Shown here: piece after piece, positions 10,701-22,482 of the stretch
How positions within the stretch are numbered: position 1 is the stretch's first letter
Layout of the letters: every line of letters starts with the position of its first letter
Assembly: GCA_964016885.1 (NCBI GenBank)
Contig: OZ024741.1
Span: 12,276,001 to 12,340,000, forward strand
Origin: Eledone cirrhosa
Lineage: Eukaryota
DNA: 64,000 nt
Direction: 5' to 3'
Notes under the pieces: model-generated
Seen by the model: the letters and a program-made list of their open reading frames with translations, nothing else
Told to the model about the DNA's origin: nothing
Database searches by the model: none
Made by a program: the position numbers and the translations under genes

Positions 10701-13628
10701 TTGAGAGATCACAGCTCTGATATTAAGGGTATGTTGGTAGAATGTCTCAGGGGATCAGAGAGTCATTCCAGGTAGAGCTGCTACCTCTCCGAATTGAGAG
10801 ATCACAGCTCTGATATTAAGGGTATGTGGGTAGAATGTCTCAGGAGATCGGAGAATCACTCCAGGTAGAGCTGCTACTTCTCTGAATTGAGAGATCACAG
10901 CTCTGATATTAAGAGTATGTGGTTAGAATGTCTCAGGAGATCAGAGAGTCATTCCAGGTAGAGCTGCTACTTCTCCGAATTGAGAGATCACAGCTCTGAT
11001 ATTAAGGGTATTTGGTTAGAATGTGTCAGGAGATCAGAGAGTCACTCCAGGTAGAGCGGCTACTACTCCGATTTGAGAGATCACAGCTCTGATATTAAGG
11101 GTATGTGGTTAGAATGTCTCAGAAGATCAGATAGTCAGTCCAGGTAAAGCTCCTACTTCTCCGAATTTAGAGATCACAGCTCTGATATTAAGGGTATGTG
11201 GTTAGAATGTCACAGGAGATCACAGAGTCATTCCAGGTAGAGCTGCTACTTCTCCGAATTGAGAGATCACAGCTCTAATATTAAGGGTATGAGGTTAGAA
11301 TGTCTCAGGAGTTCAGAGAGTCACTCCAGGTAGAGATGCTACTTCTCCGAATTGAGAGATCACAGCTCTGATATTAGGGGTATGTGGTTAGAATGTCTCA
11401 GGAAATCAGAGAGTCACTCCAGGTAACGCTGCTACTTCTCTGAATTGAGAGATCACAGCTCTGATATTAAGGGTATGTGGTTAGAATGTCTCAGGAGATC
11501 AGAGAGTCACTCCAGGTAGAGCTGCTACTTCTCGTAATTGATAGATCACAGCTCTGATATTAAGGGTATGTGGTTAGAACGTCTCAGGAGATCTGAAAGT
11601 CATTCCAGGTAGGGCTGCTACTTCTCCGAATTGAGAGATTACAGCTCTGATATTAAGGGTATGTGGTTAGAATGTCTCAGGAGATCAGAAAGTCATTCCA
11701 GGTAGAGCTGCTACTTCTCCGAATTGAGAGATCACAGCTCTGATATTAAGGTTATGAGGTTAGAATGTCTCAGGAGATCAGAGAATCACTCCAGGTAGAG
11801 ATGCTATTTCTCCAAATTGATAGATCACAGCTCTGATATTAAGGGTATGTCGTTAGAATGTCTCAGAAGATCAGAGAGTCATTCCAGGTAAAGCTGCTAC
11901 TTCTCCGAATTGATAGATTACAGCTTTGATATTAAGGGTATGTGGTTAGAATGTCTCAGGAAATCAGAGAGTCACTCCAGGTAGAGCTGCTACTTCTCCG
12001 AATTGAGAGATCACAGCTCTGATATTAAGGGTATGTGGTTAGAATGTCTCAGGAGATCAGAGAGTCACTCCAGGTAGAGCGGCTACTCCGATTTGAGAGA
12101 TTACAGTTCTGATATTAAGGGTATGTGGTTAGAATGTCTCAGGAGATCAGAGAATCAGTCCAGATAGAGCTGCTACTTCTCCGAATTGAGATATCACAGC
12201 TCTGATATTAAGGGTATGTGGTTAGAATATCTCAGGAGATCAGAGAGTCATTCCAGGTAGAGCTGCTACTTCTCTGAATTGAGAGATCACAGCTCTGATA
12301 TTAAGGGTATGTGGTTAGAATATCTCAGGAGATCAGAGAGTCATTCCAGGTAGATCTCCTACTTCTTCGAATTGAAGATCACAGCTCTGATATTACGGGT
12401 ATGTGGTTAGAATGTCTCAGGAGATCAGAGAGTCATTTCAGGTAGCGCTGCTACTTCTCCAAATTGAGATATTACAGCTCTGATATTAGGGGTATGTGGT
12501 TAGAATGTCTCAGGAGATCAGAGAGTCATTCCAGGTAGAGATGCTACTACTCCGAATTGAGAGATCACAGCTCTGATATTAAGGGTATGTGGTTTGAATG
12601 TCTCAGGAGATCAGAGAGTCACTCCAGGTAGAGCTGCTACTTCTCCGAATTGAGAGATCACAGCTCTGATATTAAGGGTATGTGGTTAGAATGTCTCAGG
12701 AGATCAGAGAGTCATTCCTGGTAGAGCTGCTACTTCTACGAATTGAGAGATCACAGTTCTGATAATAAGGGTATGTGGTTAGAATGTCTCAGGAGATCAG
12801 AGAGTCACTCCAGGTAGAGCTGCTACTTTTCCGAATTGAGAGATCACAGCTCTGATATTAATGGTATGTGGTTAGAATGTCTCAGGAGATCAGAGAGTCA
12901 TTCCAGGTAGAGCTGCTACTTCTCCGAATTGAGAGATCACAGCTCTGATATTAAGGGTATGTGGTTAGAATATCTCAGGAGATCAGAGAGTCATTCCAGG
13001 TAGATCTCCTACTTCTTCGAATTGAAGATCACAGCTCTGATATTACGGGTATGTGGTTAGAATGTCTCAGGAGATCAGAGATTCATTCCAGGTAGAGCTG
13101 CTACTTCTCCAAATTGAGATATTACAGCTCTGATATTAGGGGTATGTGGTTAGAATGTCTCAGGAGATCAGAGAGTCACTCCAGGTAGAACTGCTACTTC
13201 CCCAAATTGAGAGATCACAGCTCTGATATTAACGGTATGTGGTTAGAATGTCTCAGGAGATCAGAGAGTCACTCCAGGTAGAGCGGCTACTAATCCAAAT
13301 TGAGAGATTACAGCTCTGATATTAAGGGTATGTGGTTAGAATGTCTCAGGAGATGAGAGAGTCACTCCAGGTGGAACTGCTACTCTCCAAATTGAGAGAT
13401 CACAGTTCTGATATTAAGGGTATGTGGTTAGAATGTCTCAGGAGATCAGAGAGTCACTCCAGGTAGAGCTGCTACTTCTCCGGATTGAGAGATCACAGCT
13501 CTGACATTAAGGGTATGTGGTTAGAATGTCTCAGGAGATCAGAGAGTCAGTCCAGGTAGAGATGCTTCTTCTCCGAATTGAGAGATCACAGCTCTGATAT
13601 TAAGGGTATGTGGTTAGAATGTCTCAGG
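7744..13628. repeat. Tandem duplication of a 31-monomer block (~7744-10621 and ~10622-13628)
   Basis: Offset 2878 = 31x93-5 (7771/10649, 9183/12061), matching 3+1+1 bp of deletions in the unit. The offset becomes 2970 after an additional 92-bp monomer at ~12341-12432. Confidence 0.92.
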
Positions 13629-14089
13629 AGATCAGAGAGTCACTCCAGGTAGAGCTGCTACTTCTCCAAATTGAGAGATCACAGCTCTGATATTAAGGGT
13701 AGTGGGTTAGAATGTCTCAGGAGATCAGAGAGTCACTCCAGATAGAGTGGCTACTACTCCGAATTGAGAGATTACAGCTCTGCTATTAAGGGTATGTGGT
13801 TAGAATGTCTCAGGAGACCAGAGAGTCATTCCAGGTAGAGCTGCTACTTTTCCGAATTGAGAGATCACAGCTCTGATATTAAGGGTATGTGGTTAAAATG
13901 TCTCAGGAGATCAGAGAGTCATTCCAGGTAGAGCTGCTACTTCTACGAATTGAGAGATCACAGCTATGATATTTAGGGTATGTGGTTAGAATGTCTCAGG
14001 AGATCAGAGAGTCATTCCAGGTAGAGCTGCTACTTTTCCGAATTGAGAGATCACAGCTCTGATATTAAGGGTATGTGGTTAGAATGTCT

Positions 14090-14650
14090 CAGGAGATCAG
14101 AGAGTCATTCCAGGTAGAGCTGCTACTTTTCCGAATTGAGAGATCACAGCTCTGATATTAAGGGTATGTGGTTAGAATGTCTCAGGAGATCAGAGAGTCA
14201 CTCCAGGTAGAGCTGCTACTTCTCCAAATTGAGATATTACAGCTCTGATATTAGGGGTATGTGGTTAGAATGTCTCAGGAGATCAGAGAGTCACTCCAGA
14301 TAGAGCTGCTACTTCCCCAAATTGAGAGATCACAGCTCTGATATTAACGGTATGTGGTTAGAATGTCTCAGGAGATCAGAGAGTCATTCCAGGTAGAGCT
14401 GCTACTTTTCCGAATTGAGAGATCACAGCTCTGATATTAAGGGTATGTGGTTAGAATGTCTCAGGAGATCAGAGAGTCACTCCAGGTAGAGCTGCTACTT
14501 CTCCAAATTGAGATATTACAGCTCTGATATTAGGGGTATGTGGTTAGAATGTCTCAGGAGATCAGAGAGTCACTCCAGATAGAGCTGCTACTTCCCCAAA
14601 TTGAGAGATCACAGCTCTGATATTAACGGTATGTGGTTAGAATGTCTCAG
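14090..14650. repeat. Tandem duplication of a 3-monomer block (279 bp)
   Basis: tctccaaattgagatattac at 14221 and 14500; acttccccaa at 14311 and 14590. Confidence 0.88.
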
Positions 14651-16780
14651 GAGATTAGAGAGTCACTCCAGGTAGAGCTCCTACTACTCCGAATTGAGAG
14701 ATCACAGCTCTGATATTAAGGGTATGTGGTTAGAATGTCTCAGGAGATCAGAGAGTCACTCCAGGTAGAGCTGCTACTTCTCCGAATTGAGAGATCACAG
14801 CTCTGATATTAAGGATATGTGGTTAGAATGTCTCAGGAGATCAGAGAGTCACTCCAGGTAGAGATTCTACTTCTCCGAATTGAGAGATCACAGCTCTGAT
14901 ATTAAGGGTACGTGGTTAGAATATCTCAGGAGATCAGAGAGTCATTGCAGGTAGATCTGCTACTTCTCCGAATTGAAAGATCACAGCTCTGATAGTATGG
15001 GTATGTGGTTAGAATGTCTCAGGAGATCAGAGAGTCACTCCAGGTAGAGCGGCTACTACTCCGAATTGAGAGATTACAGCTCTGATATTAAGGGTATGTG
15101 GTTAGAATGTCTCAGGAGATCAGAGAGTCACTCCAGGTAGAGCTGCTACTTCTCCGAATTGAGAGATTACAGCTCTGATATTAAGGGTATGTGGTTTGAA
15201 TGTCTCAGGAGATCAGAAAATCACAACAGGTAGAGCTGCTACTCCTCCGATTTGAGATATCACATCTCTGATATTAAGGGTATGTGGTTAGAATGTCTCT
15301 GGAGATCAGAGAGTCACTCCTGGTAGAGCTGCTACTTCTACGAAAAGAGAGATCACAGCTCTGATATTAAGGGTAAGTGGTTAGAATGTCTCCGAAGATC
15401 AGAGAGTCATTCAAGGTAAAGTTCCTACTTCTCCGAATTGAGAGATCACAGCTCTGATGTTAATGGTATGTGGTTAGAATGTCTCAGGAGATCAGAGAGT
15501 CACTCCAGCGAGAGCTGCTACTTCTCCGAATTGAGAGATCACAGCTCTGATATTAAGTTTATGTGGTTAGAATGTCTCAGGAGATCAGAGATTCACTCCA
15601 AGTAGAGCTGCTACTTCTCCGAATTGAGAGATCACAGCTCTGATATTAAGGGTATGTGGTTAGAATGTCTCAGGAGATCAGAGAGTCATTCCAGGTAGAG
15701 CTGCTACTTCTCCGAATTGAGAGACCACAGCTCTGATATTAAGGGTATGTGGTTAGAATGTCTCAGGAGATCAGACAGTCACTCCAGCACTCCAGGTAGA
15801 GCTGCTACTTCTCTGAATTGAGAGATTACAGCTCTGATATTAAGGGTATGTGGTTAGAATGTCTCAGGAGATCAGAGAGTCACTCCAGGTAGAACTGCTA
15901 CTTCTGCAAATTGAGAGATCACAGTTCTGATATTAGGGGTATGTGGTTAGAATGTCTCAGGAAATCAGAGAGTCACTCCAGGTAGAGTTGCTATTTCTCT
16001 GAATTGAGAGATCACAGCTCTGATATTAAGGGTATGTGGTTAGAATGTCTCAGGAGATCAGAGAGTCATTCCAGATAGAGCTGCTGCTTCTCCGAATTGA
16101 GAGATCACAGCTCTGATATTAAGGGTATGTGGTTAGAATGTCTCAGGAGATCAGAGCATCACAACAGGTAGAGCAGCTACTCCTCCGATTTGAGATATCA
16201 TATCTCTGATATTAAGGGTATGTGGTTAGAATGTCTCTGGAGATCAGAGAGTCACTCCAGGTAGAGCTGCTACTTCTCCGACTTGAGGGATCACAGCTCT
16301 GATATTAAGGGTAGTGGGTTAGAATGTCTCAGGAGATCAGAGAGTCATTCCAGGTACAGCTGCTACTTCTCAGAATTGAGAGATCACTGCTCTGATATTA
16401 AGGGTATGTGGTTAGAATGTCTCAGGAGATCAGAGAGTCATTTCAGGTAGAGCTGCTACTTCTCCGAATTGAGAGATCACAGCTCTGATATTAAGGGTAT
16501 GTGGTTAGAATGTCTCAGGAGATCAGAGAGTAATTCCTGGTAGAGCTGCTACTACTCCGAATTGAGAGATCACAGCTCTGATATTAAGGGTATGTGGTTA
16601 GAATGTCTCAGGAGATCAGAGAGTCATTCCAGGTAGAGATGCTACTACTCCGAATTGAGAGATCACAGCTCTGATATTAAGGGTATGTGGTTAGAATGTC
16701 TCAGGAGATGAGAGAGTCACTCCAGGTGGAACTGCTACTCTCCAAATTGAGAGATCACAGTTCTGATATTAAGGGTATGT

Positions 16781-19700
16781 GGTTAGAATGTCTCAGGAGA
16801 TCAGAGAGTCAGTCCAGGTAGAGATGCTTCTTCTCCGAATTGAGAGATCACAGCTCTGATATTAAGGGTATGTGGTTAGAATGTCTCAGGAGATCAGAGA
16901 GTCACTCCAGGTAGAGCTGCTACCTCTCCGAATTGAGAGATCACAGCTCTGATATTAAGGGTATATGGTTAGAACGTCTCAGGAGATCAGAGAGTCATTC
17001 AAGGTAGAGCTGCTACTTCTACGAATTGAGAGATCACAGTTCTGATAATAAGGGTATGTGGTTAGTATGTCTCAGGAGATCAGAGAGTCACTCCAGGTAG
17101 AGCTGCTACTTCTCCGAATTGAGAGATCACAGCTCTGATATTAATGGTATGTGGTTAGAATGTCTCAGGAGATCAGAGAGTCATTCCAGGTAGAGCTGCT
17201 ACTTCTCCGAATTGAGAGATCACAGCTCTGATATTAAGGGTATGTGGTTAGAATATCTCAGGAGATCAGAGAGTCATTCCAGGTAGATCTCCTACTTCTT
17301 CGAATTGAAGATCACAGCTCTGATATTACGGGTATGTGGTTAGAATGTCTCAGGAGATCAGAGAGTCATTCCAGGTAGAGCTGCTACTTCTCCAAATTGA
17401 GATATTACAGCTCTGATATTAGGGGTATGTGGTTAGAATGTCTCAGGAGATCAGAGAGTCACTCCAGGTAGAACTGCTACTTCCCCAAATTGAGAGATCA
17501 CAGCTCTGATATTAACGGTATGTGGTTAGAATGTCTCAGGAGATCAGAGAGTCACTCTAGGTAGAGCGGCTACTAATCCAAATTGAGAGATTACAGCTCT
17601 GATATTAAGGGTATGTGGTTAGAATGTCTCAGGAGATGAGAGAGTCACTCCAGGTGGAACTGCTACTCTCCAAATAGAGAGATCACAGTTCTGATATTAA
17701 GGGTATGTGGTTAGAATGTCTCAGGAGATCAGAGAGTCACTCCAGGTAGAGCTGCTACTTCTCCGGATTGAGAGATCACAGCTCTGATATTAAGGGTATG
17801 TGGTTAGAATGTCTCAGGAGATCAGAGAGTCAGTCCAGGTAGAGATGCTTCTTCTCCGAATTGAGAGATCACAGCTCTGATATTAAGGGTATGTGGTTAG
17901 AATGTCTCAGGAGATCAGAGAGTCACTCCACGTAGAGCAGCTACTTCTCCAAATTGAGAGATCACAGCTCTGATATTAAGGGTAGTGGGTTAGAATGTCT
18001 CAGGAGATCAGAGAGTCATTCCAGATAGAGCGGCTACTACTCCGAATTGAGAGATTACAGCTCTGATATTAAGGGTATGTGGTTAGAATGTCTCAGGAGA
18101 TCAGAGAGTCATTCCAGGTAGAGCTGCTACTTTTCCGAATTGAGAGATCACAGCTCTGATATTAAGGGTATGTGGTTAAAATGTCTCAGGAGATCAGAGA
18201 GTCATTCCAGGTAGAGCCGCTACTTCTACGAATTGAGAGATCACAGTTCTGATAATAAGGGTATGTGGTTAGAATGTCTCAGGAGATCAGAGAGTCACTC
18301 CAGGTAGAGCTGCTACTTCTCCGAATTGAGAGATCACAGCTCTGATATTAATGGTATGTGGTTAGAATGTCTCAGGAGATCAGAGAGTCATTCCAGGTAG
18401 AGCTGCTACTTCTCCGAATTGAGAGATCACAGCTCTGATATTAAGGGTATGTGGTTAGAATATCTCAGGAGATCAGAGAGTCATTCCAGGTAGATCTCCT
18501 ACTTCTTCGAATTGAAGATCACAGCTCTGATATTACGGGTATGTGGTTAGAATGTCTCAGGAGATCAGAGAGTCATTCCAGGTAGAGCTGCTACTTCTCC
18601 AAATTGAGATATTACAGCTCTGATATTAGGGGTATGTGGTTAGAATGTCTCAGGAGATCAGAGAGTCACTCCAGGTAGAACTGCTACTTCCCCAAATTGA
18701 GAGATCACAGCTCTGATATTAACGGTATGTGGTTAGAATGTCTCAGGAGATCAGAGAGTCACTCTAGGTAGAGCGGCTACTAATCCAAATTGAGAGATTA
18801 CAGCTCTGATATTAAGGGTATGTGGTTAGAATGTCTCAGGAGATGAGAGAGTCACTCCAGGTGGAACTGCTACTCTCCAAATAGAGAGATCACAGTTCTG
18901 ATATTAAGGGTATGTGGTTAGAATGTCTCAGGAGATCAGAGAGTCACTCCAGGTAGAGCTGCTACTTCTCCGGATTGAGAGATCACAGCTCTGATATTAA
19001 GGGTATGTGGTTAGAATGTCTCAGGAGATCAGAGAGTCAGTCCAGGTAGAGATGCTTCTTCTCCGAATTGAGAGATCACAGCTCTGATATTAAGGGTATG
19101 TGGTTAGAATGTCTCAGGAGATCAGAGAGTCACTCCACGTAGAGCAGCTACTTCTCCAAATTGAGAGATCACAGCTCTGATATTAAGGGTAGTGGGTTAG
19201 AATGTCTCAGGAGATCAGAGAGTCATTCCAGATAGAGCGGCTACTACTCCGAATTGAGAGATTACAGCTCTGATATTAAGGGTATGTGGTTAGAATGTCT
19301 CAGGAGATCAGAGAGTCATTCCAGGTAGAGCTGCTACTTTTCCGAATTGAGAGATCACAGCTCTGATATTAATGGTATGTGGTTAGAATGTCTCAGGAGA
19401 TCAGAGAGTCATTCCAGGTAGAGCTGCTACTTCTCCGAATTGAGAGATCACAGCTCTGATATTAAGGGTATGTGGTTAGAATATCTCAGGAGATCAGAGA
19501 GTCATTCCAGATAGAGCGGCTACTACTCCGAATTGAGAGATTACAGCTCTGATATTAAGGGTATGTGGTTAGAATGTCTCAGGAGATCAGAGAGTCATTC
19601 CAGGTAGAGCTGCTACTTTTCCGAATTGAGAGATCACAGCTCTGATATTAATGGTATGTGGTTAGAATGTCTCAGGAGATCAGAGAGTCACTCCAGATAG

Positions 19701-22482
19701 AGTGGCTACTACTCCGAATTGAGAGATTACAGCTCTGATATTAAGGGTATGCGGTTAGAATGTCTCAGGAGATCAGAGAGTCAGTCCAGGTAGAGATGCT
19801 TCTTCTCCGAATTGAGAGATCACAGCTCTGATATTAAGGGTATGTGGTTAGAATGTCTCAGGAGATCAGAGAGTCACTCCAGGTAGAGCTGCTACCTCTC
19901 CGAATTGAGAGATCACAGCTCTGATATTAAGGGTATATGGTTAGAACGTCTCAGGAGATCAGAGAGTCATTCAAGGTAGAGCTGCTACTTCTACGAATTG
20001 AGAGATCACAGTTCTGATAATAAGGGTATGTGGTTAGTATGTCTCAGGAGATCAGAGAGTCACTCCAGGTAGAGCTGCTACTTCTCCGAATTGAGAGATC
20101 ACAGCTCTGATATTAATGGTATGTGGTTAGAATGTCTCAGGAGATCAGAGAGTCATTCCAGGTAGAGCTGCTACTTCTCCGAATTGAGAGATCACAGCTC
20201 TGATATTAAGGGTATGTGGTTAGAATATCTCAGGAGATCAGAGAGTCATTCCAGGTAGATCTCCTACTTCTTCGAATTGAAGATCACAGCTCTGATATTA
20301 CGGGTATGTGGTTAGAATGTCTCAGGAGATCAGAGAGTCATTCCAGGTAGAGCTGCTACTTCTCCAAATTGAGATATTACAGCTCTGATATTAGGGGTAT
20401 GTGGTTAGAATGTCTCAGGAGATCAGAGAGTCACTCCAGGTAGAACTGCTACTTCCCCAAATTGAGAGATCACAGCTCTGATATTAACGGTATGTGGTTA
20501 GAATGTCTCAGGAGATCAGAGAGTCACTCTAGGTAGAGCGGCTACTAATCCAAATTGAGAGATTACAGCTCTGATATTAAGGGTATGTGGTTAGAATGTC
20601 TCAGGAGATGAGAGAGTCACTCCAGGTGGAACTGCTACTCTCCAAATAGAGAGATCACAGTTCTGATATTAAGGGTATGTGGTTAGAATGTCTCAGGAGA
20701 TCAGAGAGTCACTCCAGGTAGAGCTGCTACTTCTCCGGATTGAGAGATCACAGCTCTGATATTAAGGGTATGTGGTTAGAATGTCTCAGGAGATCAGAGA
20801 GTCAGTCCAGGTAGAGATGCTTCTTCTCCGAATTGAGAGATCACAGCTCTGATATTAAGGGTATGTGGTTAGAATGTCTCAGGAGATCAGAGAGTCACTC
20901 CACGTAGAGCAGCTACTTCTCCAAATTGAGAGATCACAGCTCTGATATTAAGGGTAGTGGGTTAGAATGTCTCAGGAGATCAGAGAGTCATTCCAGATAG
21001 AGCGGCTACTACTCCGAATTGAGAGATTACAGCTCTGATATTAAGGGTATGTGGTTAGAATGTCTCAGGAGATCAGAGAGTCATTCCAGGTAGAGCTGCT
21101 ACTTTTCCGAATTGAGAGATCACAGCTCTGATATTAAGGGTATGTGGTTAAAATGTCTCAGGAGATCAGAGAGTCATTCCAGGTAGAGCCGCTACTTCTA
21201 CGAATTGAGAGATCACAGTTCTGATAATAAGGGTATGTGGTTAGAATGTCTCAGGAGATCAGAGAGTCACTCCAGGTAGAGCTGCTACTTCTCCGAATTG
21301 AGAGATCACAGCTCTGATATTAATGGTATGTGGTTAGAATGTCTCAGGAGATCAGAGAGTCATTCCAGGTAGAGCTGCTACTTCTCCGAATTGAGAGATC
21401 ACAGCTCTGATATTAAGGGTATGTGGTTAGAATATCTCAGGAGATCAGAGAGTCATTCCAGGTAGATCTCCTACTTCTTCGAATTGAAGATCACAGCTCT
21501 GATATTATGGGTATGTGGTTAGAATGTCTCAGGAGATCAGAGAGTCATTCCAGGTAGAGCTGCTACTTCTCCAAATTGAGATATTACAGCTCTGATATTA
21601 GGGGTATGTGGTTAGAATGTCTCAGGAGATCAGAGAGTCACTCCAGGTAGAACTCCTACTTCCCCAAATTGAGAGATCACAGCTCTGATATTAACGGTAT
21701 GTGGTTAGAATGTCTCAGGAGATCAGAGAGTCACTCTAGGTAGAGCGGCTACTAATCCAAATTGAGAGATTACAGCTCTGATATTAAGGGTATGTGGTTA
21801 GAATGTCTCAGGAGATGAGAGAGTCACTCCAGGTGGAACTGCTACTCTCCAAATAGAGAGATCACAGTTCTGATATTAAGGGTATGTGGTTAGAATGTCT
21901 CAGGAGATCAGAGAGTCACTCCAGGTAGAGCTGCTACTTCTCCGGATTGAGAGATCACAGCTCTGATATTAAGGGTATGTGGTTAGAATGTCTCAGGAGA
22001 TCAGAGAGTCAGTCCAGGTAGAGATGCTTCTTCTCCGAATTGAGAGATCACAGCTCTGATATTAAGGGTATGTGGTTAGAATGTCTCAGGAGATCAGAGA
22101 GTCACTCCACGTAGAGCAGCTACTTCTCCAAATTGAGAGATCACAGCTCTGATATTAAGGGTAGTGGGTTAGAATGTCTCAGGAGATCAGAGAGTCATTC
22201 CAGATAGAGCGGCTACTACTCCGAATTGAGAGATTACAGCTCTGATATTAAGGGTATGTGGTTAGAATGTCTCAGGAGATCAGAGAGTCATTCCAGGTAG
22301 AGCTGCTACTTTTCCGAATTGAGAGATCACAGCTCTGATATTAATGGTATGTGGTTAGAATGTCTCAGGAGATCAGAGAGTCATTCCAGGTAGAGCTGCT
22401 ACTTCTCCGAATTGAGAGATCACAGCTCTGATATTAAGGGTATGTGGTTAGAATATCTCAGGAGATCAGAGAGTCATTCCAG
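16781..22482. repeat. Duplication at 32-monomer offset (16781-19510 vs 19753-22482), each copy holding two 13-monomer units
   Basis: Offset 2972 = 32x93-4 (16801/19773). Inner offset 1207 = 13x93-2. Marker ccacgtagagcag at ~17928, 19135, 20900, 22107. Confidence 0.92.
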
